Shown here piece after piece: positions 7,899 to 16,215 of a stretch of 64,000 nt of DNA; position 1 is the stretch's first letter, and each line of letters begins with the position of its first letter. The translations under genes were made by a program, and so were the position numbers. A model generated the notes under the pieces. That model did not search any database. It saw only the letters and a program-made list of their open reading frames with translations, and was not told the origin of the DNA. The DNA is from Janthinobacterium lividum (lineage in GTDB: Bacteria > Bacteroidota > Bacteroidia > Sphingobacteriales > Sphingobacteriaceae), in NCBI GenBank assembly GCA_050954865.1, contig JBPBQN010000160.1:695-64694 (forward strand). Direction: 5' to 3'.

Positions 7899-10175
7899 AT
7901 GAATAAAGATGTTTACAAACCAGTATTTTTTAGATTGAATATTGCTGAAGAAAAACTACAGTATGAATTATTATTAAAATCCAATCCTTCAATTCAAATA
8001 TATGACGAGATTGAGGGGCAACTAAGAGAACTATTAAAAATATTAAGCCCTTCAATTAGAATCAAAACTGAAGATTATCCGGAGCTGGTAAAGAAACATA
8101 TTAATAATCAAGGTTTATTTGAGTATGGAGTTTGGGTATATTATCCATGGAGTAACAATTTAATACATTTATTAGATGAAGAAGAGTTTGTAGAAGTAAG
8201 AACTAATAGAAATAAATATAAAATCACACAAGAAGAACAAGAAATACTCCGAACAAAAAAAATTGGAATCGTTGGATTATCTGTTGGACAATCTATTGCT
8301 TTGACTTTGGCAATGGAAAGAACATGTGGAGAACTTCGGTTAGCCGATTTCGATGACGCGGAACTTAGTAATTTAAATCGTTTAAGAACAGGATTACATA
8401 ATTTAGGAACAAAAAAAACGATAATTGCAGCACGAGAGATTGCAGAGTTAGACCCATTTTTAAATGTTGTAGTTTTTAATGATGGATTACATGAAAATAA
8501 TTTTAATAATTTTTTTACTGATAATGGAAAGTTAGATCTACTTGTAGAGGTTTGTGATGGATTAGACATAAAGATTGAAAGCCGCTTTAAAGCACGAGAA
8601 CTTGGAATACCAGTTGTGATGGATACAAACGATCGCGGTATGTTAGATGTTGAAAGATTTGATTTGGAACACGAACGACCAATACTTCATGGGCTATTGG
8701 GGAAACTTGATTCCAAATCTCTAGCATCTCTTACAAATGAAGAAAAGATACCAATAATTTTAAAAATAGCAAATCTTGATACTATTTCATTAAGAGGCAA
8801 AGCTTCTATGATTGAAGTAGGACAATCAATATCTACGTGGCCACAATTAGCATCATCTGTTGTTTTGGGTGGTGCAGCTGTTACTGATATTGCTAGAAGA
8901 ATTTTTTTAAATCAGTTTAATTCTTCAGGTAGATATTACATAGATTTTGAAGATATCATTACTGATATACAACATAATAATATTTCACAAATAAATCAAA
9001 ATAAAAGGTCTGAGGTTTTTACAGATAATACTGCAAAATCATTAATATCGAAAACAAAAAATAAATTCCAAAATGTAAATAAAATAAGTTTAACAGAAAA
9101 TCAGCTAAGAGAAATTGTCCAAGCTGGTATAGCAGCACCATCAACAGGAAATGATCAACCTTGGAAATGGTATTATACTGATGATATACTTTACTTATTT
9201 CATATAGAGGCACGTTCAAAATCTTTTGGTAATTACAAAAATGTAGCATCGTATTTAACATTTGGTGCTGTTTATGAAAATGTTATACTTAAATCTCAAT
9301 GTTTATTTTTGAATTTAACTTCAGATATTTTTCCATTAGGATATAATGAACCTCTTGTTTTTTCATTTTGCTTTACTAATCAATTAGATTTAGATCATAA
9401 ACTACACCAATTTGATTATTTATCAAAATTCATTTTTTCTAGATCAACCAATAGAAATCCTTCAAAAAAATCATCTATTGAAAACTACATATTGAAAAAT
9501 CTAAAGGAAGTAACAGAATCGATTCATGAAGCCAACTTGTCTTTTATAACAAGTAAAGAGAAGATTGATACTATTGCTAGTATTATTGGTGCTTGTGACA
9601 AAATTCGAATTCTTAATAAGGATGGTCATTCCGATTTTGTAAACCGCGAAATGCGTTGGAATGAACAACATGTAAATCTTACAAAAGATGGAATTGATAT
9701 AAAAACTTTAGGACTTACTCCTTCACAAACATCTGCTTTAGAAATAATTAAAAGTTATAATATAATTGATTTTATAAAAAAAATTGAAGGTGGAAATGTA
9801 TTAAAAAATGCCAGTATAAAATCACTAGAAAATACACCGGTTATAGGTTTAATTTCAATGAAAAATTCTCTACCACTGGATTACATAAATGGCGGTCGGG
9901 CTTACGAGAGATTATGGTTAGCTTCTGAAAGTCACAGTCTAGCTTTATACCCTATGATCTCTCCGATTTATTTGTTTTTAAGGCTCGAAAACAAAAATAA
10001 TGATTTGTCAGAAAATGAAATAATATCACTAAAAAGCTTAAAGGAAACTTTTGATAATATTTTTCCGTTAAATAAAAAAGAAAATGGCATTTTCCTTTTT
10101 AAATTATCGTATGCAGAAAAACCTCTTATTAGATCTTTAAGAATACCCATTGATCAAGTTTTGACAAGAGTATAA
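7899..10175 (+). CDS. E1-like (ThiF/MoeB) adenylyltransferase domain fused to tandem nitroreductase-like domains (Rv1355c/MoeY-type architecture)
   Basis: 758 aa. Rossmann motif KKIGIVGLSVGQSIALTL followed by LRLADFDDAELSNLNRL (ThiF signature). C-terminal half has LTENQLREIVQAGIAAPSTGNDQPWKWYY (nitroreductase N-terminal signature) and a second SRSTNRNP-type segment. Confidence 0.7.
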   Translation: MNKDVYKPVFFRLNIAEEKLQYELLLKSNPSIQIYDEIEGQLRELLKILSPSIRIKTEDYPELVKKHINNQGLFEYGVWVYYPWSNNLIHLLDEEEFVEVRTNRNKYKITQEEQEILRTKKIGIVGLSVGQSIALTLAMERTCGELRLADFDDAELSNLNRLRTGLHNLGTKKTIIAAREIAELDPFLNVVVFNDGLHENNFNNFFTDNGKLDLLVEVCDGLDIKIESRFKARELGIPVVMDTNDRGMLDVERFDLEHERPILHGLLGKLDSKSLASLTNEEKIPIILKIANLDTISLRGKASMIEVGQSISTWPQLASSVVLGGAAVTDIARRIFLNQFNSSGRYYIDFEDIITDIQHNNISQINQNKRSEVFTDNTAKSLISKTKNKFQNVNKISLTENQLREIVQAGIAAPSTGNDQPWKWYYTDDILYLFHIEARSKSFGNYKNVASYLTFGAVYENVILKSQCLFLNLTSDIFPLGYNEPLVFSFCFTNQLDLDHKLHQFDYLSKFIFSRSTNRNPSKKSSIENYILKNLKEVTESIHEANLSFITSKEKIDTIASIIGACDKIRILNKDGHSDFVNREMRWNEQHVNLTKDGIDIKTLGLTPSQTSALEIIKSYNIIDFIKKIEGGNVLKNASIKSLENTPVIGLISMKNSLPLDYINGGRAYERLWLASESHSLALYPMISPIYLFLRLENKNNDLSENEIISLKSLKETFDNIFPLNKKENGIFLFKLSYAEKPLIRSLRIPIDQVLTRV

Positions 10176-10178
10176 TAT

Positions 10179-10877
10179 ATGAATACTCTTAACCTAAGTA
10201 TACGTGTGTTTAAAGCGACTGATGATTTAATAGCGTGTGAAAATTACATAAATCAACATATACGCGTTTTAGCTTCTTATGGTATTACAAAGTTATCATC
10301 CGCAAATACACAATGGAAGAACGACCCTAATTGTTATATAATTTTGTTTGAATCTGAAAACAAAACAAAAATATATGGAGGAGGTAGAATACAGATAAAA
10401 TCAGAGCATTTTAATTTGCCAATTGAAGAAGCTGTATCTGTTGTAGATAAAAATATTCATTCTTATGTTAAAAGAATAGGAAATTACAAAGTTGCAGAAT
10501 TTTGTGGTTTATGGAATTCAAGAGAAGTTGCAGGCTATGGAATCGGTAGTATAATTTTAGGTAGAATTGGTGTAGCAATTGCATCACAATTAAATTTAAA
10601 ACACTTAATGGCACTATGCTCACCAGCAACCTTACTTAATTGTACTAGGATTGGGTTTGAAGTAATATATGAACTTGGAAATAATGGAACTTTTTATTAT
10701 CCAAAAGAAGGACTTATTGCAACAGCATTAATAATAAAAAATATTGATCTCTTAGAAAAGGCCAATCCTAATGAGAGAAATTTAATTTATAGCTTGAGAG
10801 AGAAACCTATACAAAATTCAGTAGAAGCTGGACCAAAGGGAACTATGATAATTGATTATAATATTAGAATCTCTTGA
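10179..10877 (+). CDS. orphan 232-aa protein, possible GNAT-fold LuxI / N-acyl-amino-acid-synthase-like acyltransferase
   Basis: ATG lies 3 nt after the upstream stop. Motif order YIILFESENKTKIYGGGRIQI, then VAEFCGLW, then REVAGYGIGSIILG (R-x3-G-x-G-x-G, resembling GNAT motif A). The assignment is by pattern only. Confidence 0.35.
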   Translation: MNTLNLSIRVFKATDDLIACENYINQHIRVLASYGITKLSSANTQWKNDPNCYIILFESENKTKIYGGGRIQIKSEHFNLPIEEAVSVVDKNIHSYVKRIGNYKVAEFCGLWNSREVAGYGIGSIILGRIGVAIASQLNLKHLMALCSPATLLNCTRIGFEVIYELGNNGTFYYPKEGLIATALIIKNIDLLEKANPNERNLIYSLREKPIQNSVEAGPKGTMIIDYNIRIS

Positions 10878-13060
10878 TGATGAAAAATATTTTCTTGATC
10901 ATACTAATTCAACTTATTGTTTTAGTTACAAATTTTAATATTTATGCTAAAAACATAAATTATAAAGGTGGAAGATTATTGATTGGAAAGGAAATTGAGG
11001 TGTTTGAAGATAGATTCAACACTTACAATTTAAATAATGTTTTACAAAGTTCTAAATTTCAAAATAACAAACAATTGATTCCGAATTTCGACATTAGTAA
11101 TTCTAAATTTTGGATTAAATTTAAAGTAACTAATAATTATTATCAATCAAACTTATTTCTTGAGGTGGACAATGCTTTAATAAATATCTGTAATTTATAT
11201 ACATTAAAAAACAATCGGTTAACACTATTGGAATCTTTTGGAACAAATAAAATTTACAATCAACGAAAATACAAATACCCAGACTTTATTTTCGATTTAA
11301 ATATACCGATTGATTCAACGATAAGTTATGTTTTAGAAATAAAAAGTAATGATCAATTATTGGTTCCAATTAGCTTAAATTCTCCACAAGCAATAGCCGA
11401 ATTGCAAAACACGAAAGATATAATATCTGGTATTCATATCGGAGCTTTATTAGTCATGATATTTTATAATATTTTTATATATTTTTCAATTAGAGATAAA
11501 AGTTATATTTTTTATGTATTGTATATTACTTTTATTGGATTGACTCAGATTACATTAACAGGATACAGCTATAAATATTTGTTTTTTAATCATCCAACTA
11601 TATTCAAACTATGCATTGTAGTTGCTCCTTCTTTAGCAGGAATTAGTGCTGTTTACTTTATTAAATTTTTTTTAAATACAAAAGTATTAACGCCTACCTT
11701 AAACAAATTATTATATATTATTATATTTTTATATATTATTGCTTTATCCTTAAGAGTAGTTGGACAAGATCAACTAAGTTCAAGAGCGATTGACATAACT
11801 GCTCTTTTTGTTGCTGTAATAGTTTATTGTATCGCAATAAAACTTACAATGAAAAATTATCGGCCAGCCAAGTTTTTTTTATTTGCTTGGTCTTTGTTTA
11901 TTGTTGGTCTAATTTTGTTTGTTTTAAGAAATTTAAATATTCTCCCTGATAATAGCTATACAAATTATACAATGCAAGTAGGTACTGTTTTAGAAGTTAC
12001 TTTATTATCGGTAGCCCTCGCCGATAAAATAAACATTTACAAAAAAGAAAAAGAACTTTCCCAAGCAGCAACATTATCTGCTTTACAAGAAAATGATCGA
12101 ATTATTCGCGAACAAAACAGTACTCTAGAACGTAAAGTGAATGAACGAACAAACGAATTGGTTGCAACAAACAACAACTTAAATAAAACTTTAACTGACT
12201 TGAAAGAAACACAAACGCAATTGGTAGAAGCAGAAAAGATGGCTTCGTTAGGACAACTTACTGCTGGTATTGCGCATGAAATTAATAATCCTATCAATTT
12301 TGTTACATCTAATGTTGCACCATTAAGACGAGATGTGGATATTTTAGTTGATGCAATTATAAACATAGAATCTTTAGGTTTATCTGAAGTATCCACAGAC
12401 GAAAAACAACAACAAATTGAAGATTATAAAGAAGAGATTGACCTTGATTATTTGAAAATAGAAATTAATCACTTGTTAAATGGTATTCATGAAGGTGCTA
12501 CCAGAACGGCTGATATTGTGAAAGGATTAAAAATATTTTCACGTTTAGATGAAGATGATCTAAAAAAAGCAGATATTAATGAAGGTTTACAATCTACCTT
12601 AACTATTGCAAATAATTTGATTGGAAACAAAATACAAGTTATCAAAAACTTTGGAAATATTCCGTTAATTGAATGCTTTCCCGGTAAATTAAATCAGGTA
12701 TTTTTAAATATGATTTCTAATGCCGTATTTGCAATTCAGGAAAAATTTACCAATCAGGCTGGTGGCATTTTAAAAATTACAACCAGCAATAATGATCAGT
12801 ATCTAACTATAAAAATAGACGATAATGGTACAGGAATGAGCGAGGCTACAAAAAAGAAAATATTTGAGCCTTTTTTTACGACTAAAAATGTTGGTGTAGG
12901 TACTGGTTTAGGTATGTCTATTGCTTACAATACTATCAAAAAGCATAACGCAGAAATTTATCTAAACTCTACCGAAGGAGTTGGTACTGAATTTATAATA
13001 CAACTAAACTTGGTTTTTAAAGAACCAGTAGCAGATTATCAAAGTGAGCAACAAGGATAA
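10877..13060 (+). CDS. 7TMR-DISM family sensor histidine kinase
   Basis: Signal peptide, a ~150-aa extracytoplasmic domain and seven predicted TM helices (about residues 185-385). Then a coiled coil, H-box LTAGIAHEINNPINF, and HATPase boxes NMISNA, DDNGTGM, GVGTGLGMS. ATG 10877 overlaps the upstream TGA; the track starts at TTG 10874. Confidence 0.8.
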   Translation: MMKNIFLIILIQLIVLVTNFNIYAKNINYKGGRLLIGKEIEVFEDRFNTYNLNNVLQSSKFQNNKQLIPNFDISNSKFWIKFKVTNNYYQSNLFLEVDNALINICNLYTLKNNRLTLLESFGTNKIYNQRKYKYPDFIFDLNIPIDSTISYVLEIKSNDQLLVPISLNSPQAIAELQNTKDIISGIHIGALLVMIFYNIFIYFSIRDKSYIFYVLYITFIGLTQITLTGYSYKYLFFNHPTIFKLCIVVAPSLAGISAVYFIKFFLNTKVLTPTLNKLLYIIIFLYIIALSLRVVGQDQLSSRAIDITALFVAVIVYCIAIKLTMKNYRPAKFFLFAWSLFIVGLILFVLRNLNILPDNSYTNYTMQVGTVLEVTLLSVALADKINIYKKEKELSQAATLSALQENDRIIREQNSTLERKVNERTNELVATNNNLNKTLTDLKETQTQLVEAEKMASLGQLTAGIAHEINNPINFVTSNVAPLRRDVDILVDAIINIESLGLSEVSTDEKQQQIEDYKEEIDLDYLKIEINHLLNGIHEGATRTADIVKGLKIFSRLDEDDLKKADINEGLQSTLTIANNLIGNKIQVIKNFGNIPLIECFPGKLNQVFLNMISNAVFAIQEKFTNQAGGILKITTSNNDQYLTIKIDDNGTGMSEATKKKIFEPFFTTKNVGVGTGLGMSIAYNTIKKHNAEIYLNSTEGVGTEFIIQLNLVFKEPVADYQSEQQG

Positions 13061-14135
13061 AATCAAGATTTTATATTTAGACGATGAAATCAACAATTTG
13101 GTTGGATTTAAAGCATCTTTTAGAGTAGATTATAATATTTTAATTGCTAACAACAGCGCAGAAGCATATCAGCAATTAGAGAAACATAAAGATATTCGTA
13201 TCATCTTCTGTGATCAGCGCATGCCAGACCAAACTGGTGTAGAGTTTTTTGAAGAAATTAGAAATATTTATCCGCTTCCAATTCGCATTTTATTAACAGG
13301 ATATACTGATATAGAATCTGTTATTGAATCGATTAATAGAGGTAATATTTTTAGATATGTTAAAAAACCTTGGGCAACAGAAGAAATTGTATCCAGCATT
13401 GATCAGGCTAACAAGTTCTACACCGTTAACTCAATGCTTTCTGTTAAAAATGTTGAGTTACAAAAAGCTTACAATGAGTTAGAAAAGTTTGCCTACAGTG
13501 TAACACACGATATCCGAGGTCCATTACTAAGCATTTTAGGTGCAACTGATGTAGCACAATACATTGATGATATTGGAGAGATCAAAGAAATGTTGCGGCT
13601 GATGGAAAAATCAGTTAAAAAACTTGATGCTTTTATCCTGAATATTCATGATTATTATAGTTTAAAACAAGGTGAACTTCAAATTAAAGATGTAAAACTG
13701 GAAGATATTGTTAAAGATCAAATAGAAAATTTTAAGGTTACGACCACTATAAAAAACATTACGTTTACAACGCATGTAGAACAAAACGAACCTTTCAGAA
13801 CTGATGAAGTATCACTTAAAATTATACTAAACAATCTGCTTTCAAATGCTTTTAAATATCAGCAAAAAAACAATGCTGATAAACGTGTTGATTTGGATAT
13901 CCAAGTAAAAAAAGGAATTGCAATTATTCAAATAAAAGATAACGGAATAGGTATTTTAGAAAAACATATAGGTGATATATTTAATATGTTTTTTAGAGCA
14001 ACTGCGGAAGAAGTTGGATCTGGAATTGGATTGTATAATGTTAATGATGCTGTTACAAAGTTAGCCGGAGAGATAAAGGTAACTTCTGTTTTTAATGAAG
14101 GAACAACTTTTTTAATCACAATACCCACAAGATAA
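13044..14135 (+). CDS. hybrid REC-HisKA-HATPase histidine kinase
   Basis: GTG start overlaps the upstream gene by 17 nt. REC domain (ILYLDDEINN...IIFCDQRMPDQTG...KPW), H-box YSVTHDIRGPL, N-box LLSNAFKY, G-boxes DNGIGI and GSGIGL. Confidence 0.85.
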   Translation: MSNKDKIKILYLDDEINNLVGFKASFRVDYNILIANNSAEAYQQLEKHKDIRIIFCDQRMPDQTGVEFFEEIRNIYPLPIRILLTGYTDIESVIESINRGNIFRYVKKPWATEEIVSSIDQANKFYTVNSMLSVKNVELQKAYNELEKFAYSVTHDIRGPLLSILGATDVAQYIDDIGEIKEMLRLMEKSVKKLDAFILNIHDYYSLKQGELQIKDVKLEDIVKDQIENFKVTTTIKNITFTTHVEQNEPFRTDEVSLKIILNNLLSNAFKYQQKNNADKRVDLDIQVKKGIAIIQIKDNGIGILEKHIGDIFNMFFRATAEEVGSGIGLYNVNDAVTKLAGEIKVTSVFNEGTTFLITIPTR

Positions 14136-14136
14136 T

Positions 14137-14538
14137 ATGCCACAAACTACTAATGTTATTATTATAGATGATAGTGTAGAAGATTGTTATCTGATCAAAA
14201 AAAGATTAAAAAATTTAGATTTAAATGTAAATGTTATTTCATTTTCTAACGGCCTGGAAGCATACAATTATTTGACTGATATTAATTTAAACTCATCTCA
14301 TTCATCAGCTAAAAACATAATTATTTTAGATATATACATGCCGTTGATGGATGGATTTGAATTTGTAGAAGAGTTTGAGAAACTACCAACAACTATCCAA
14401 AAGCAATATACAATTTGTGCTTTAACTTCTTCAGTATGGAAAAGCAATATGGAAAGAATGGTAAGTTATAAATCTATAAAATCATTTTTAGAGAAGCCAA
14501 TTAAAACAGAAAGTTTGTTAGAACTGATTGAAAGTTAG
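14137..14538 (+). CDS. REC-only response regulator
   Basis: 133 aa. VIIIDDSVEDCYL...IILDIYMPLMDGFEF...EKP receiver signature with no output domain. Starts 1 nt after the upstream stop. Confidence 0.8.
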   Translation: MPQTTNVIIIDDSVEDCYLIKKRLKNLDLNVNVISFSNGLEAYNYLTDINLNSSHSSAKNIIILDIYMPLMDGFEFVEEFEKLPTTIQKQYTICALTSSVWKSNMERMVSYKSIKSFLEKPIKTESLLELIES

Positions 14539-14548
14539 ATAATATTAC

Positions 14549-14562
14549 ATGCTTCTTTTAGC
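14549..14562 (-). repeat. 25-mer family, partial copy
   Basis: atgcttcttttagc. Confidence 0.4.
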
Positions 14563-14595
14563 AACAAAAAGTTGCAAGTAAATTTAATCATTTAC

Positions 14596-14620
14596 AATTT
14601 TAGGCGATAAAAGAAGTATC
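14596..14620 (+). repeat. 25-mer family copy
   Basis: aattttaggcgataaaagaagtatc. Confidence 0.7.
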
Positions 14621-14643
14621 TGAATTTGCAAAAGTTATGATGC

Positions 14644-14680
14644 AAAAAGAGCATTCTTAAAATTTAAGAATGCTCTTTTT
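14644..14680. terminator. bidirectional terminator between the island operon (+) and pyk (-)
   Basis: Perfect 37-nt palindrome aaaaagagcattcttaaa-a-tttaagaatgctcttttt, with a U-run on both strands. Confidence 0.75.
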
Positions 14681-14698
14681 ATTAATATAAATTATAAG

Positions 14699-16132
14699 TT
14701 AGATTGTACTAACCTTAATCATGTTAGTTCTTCCTTTTTTCTCCATTGGGATGGCTGCAGTATTAATTACAACATCACCTTCTTCTACCAGGTTCTGGCT
14801 TTTTAAAATGGCGTTGATTTCTTCGATAGTTCCATCGGTAGAATTGGTATCAAATTTATCGTAATAAAAACCTCTAACACCCCAAAGTAAGCTTAAAGTT
14901 CTAAGCAAATGGCGGTTTCTGGTGAAGATAAAGGTATTTGCTTTTGGGCGGTGACTGGAGATTTCAAACGCAGTATAACCAGAAGATGTCATGGTTACAA
15001 TCCCGGCTGCATTGGTATGTTCAGAAAGATAAACAGCAGAACTGCAAACTGCATCAGACAAAACCGTAGAAGATTGTTCATTAACCGGTTTTGGTGTATG
15101 GAAAGGATAACCAAACTCTTCTACATTTTTGATGATTTTTTGCATCGTCTCGATTACAATCACCGGATATTCTCCAACAGAAGTTTCGCCACTCAGCATT
15201 ACTGCATCTGCACCGTCTAAAACGGAGTTGGCTACATCATTTACTTCTGCACGGGTTGGGCGCGGCGTAGTGATCATGCTTTCCAGCATTTGAGTGGCTA
15301 CAATTACAGGTTTGGAAGCTGCACGACATTTACGTGCAATCATTTTTTGTAACAACGGCACCTGCTCCATCGGCATTTCAACACCTAAATCACCACGGGC
15401 AACCATTACGCCATCTGTTGCTGCAATAATAGCATCAATATGTTCTATCGCTTCGGGTTTTTCAACTTTAGCAATTACTCTTGCAGATTTGCCGCTGCGG
15501 CTGATGATGCGTTTCAAATCAACAATATCTTCCGCATTACGCACAAAGGACAAGCCGATCCACTCTATATCGTTTTTTAAGGCAAAATCCAGGTTAAACA
15601 AATCTTCTTCTGTTAAACTTGGGATAGAAACTTTAGTATTTGGCAAATTAACACCTTTACGGGAAGTTAAAATTCCACCATAAACCACTTCGCACACTAC
15701 AGTATCACGATTGTTGGTTTCTTTCACTTTCATTTGCAACTTTCCGTCATCCAGCAAAATCATTTCACCGGCAACTACATCTTTCGGGAAACTTTCATAA
15801 GTGATGTAAATCTGGTTTTCATCACCGATACATTCTTTGGTAGTCATGTTGATGGTTTTTCCGTTAATTAACTGGATACCACCTTCTTTAACCATACCAA
15901 TCCTGATTTTCGGTCCTTGCAAATCAGCCAAAATACCGACATTTAACTTATACTGATCGTTAATTTCGCGGATATTATCAATCGCTATCTGATGGTCTGC
16001 TTGTTTTCCATGAGAGAAATTCAATCTGCAAACGTTAACACCTGCCCGAATTAAAGATAACAGCATTTCTTTTTGCGACGAAACCGGCCCAAGCGTGGCA
16101 ACTATCTTAGTTCTTTTGTGCGAAATTTTCAT
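14699..16132 (-). CDS. pyk: pyruvate kinase
   Basis: 477 aa. KIVATLGP, NFSHG, MVARGDLGVE and VIVATQMLESM motifs. Confidence 0.95.
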   Translation of the reverse strand: MKISHKRTKIVATLGPVSSQKEMLLSLIRAGVNVCRLNFSHGKQADHQIAIDNIREINDQYKLNVGILADLQGPKIRIGMVKEGGIQLINGKTINMTTKECIGDENQIYITYESFPKDVVAGEMILLDDGKLQMKVKETNNRDTVVCEVVYGGILTSRKGVNLPNTKVSIPSLTEEDLFNLDFALKNDIEWIGLSFVRNAEDIVDLKRIISRSGKSARVIAKVEKPEAIEHIDAIIAATDGVMVARGDLGVEMPMEQVPLLQKMIARKCRAASKPVIVATQMLESMITTPRPTRAEVNDVANSVLDGADAVMLSGETSVGEYPVIVIETMQKIIKNVEEFGYPFHTPKPVNEQSSTVLSDAVCSSAVYLSEHTNAAGIVTMTSSGYTAFEISSHRPKANTFIFTRNRHLLRTLSLLWGVRGFYYDKFDTNSTDGTIEEINAILKSQNLVEEGDVVINTAAIPMEKKGRTNMIKVSTI

Positions 16133-16159
16133 GTATTTGTAATAAGTTTTAATTTTATC

Positions 16160-16184
16160 GTGCTTCTTTTATCAGAACAAAATT
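16160..16184 (-). repeat. 25-mer family copy
   Basis: gtgcttcttttatcagaacaaaatt. Confidence 0.6.
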
Positions 16185-16215
16185 AGTGTAATTTTCACAC
16201 TAAGAATGAAATTGT

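Noticed and set aside
7899-10877. Reading the ThiF-like plus nitroreductase-like genes as a TOMM/RiPP (azole) cluster, or as an E1/E2/JAB ubiquitin-like defence system
   Set aside because: I see no YcaO-type gene and no short precursor-peptide ORF, because the genes are packed with gaps of 3 nt or less. I also see no E2, JAB/deubiquitinase or ubiquitin-like gene in or next to the operon. Neither model is supported, although a precursor encoded elsewhere cannot be excluded.
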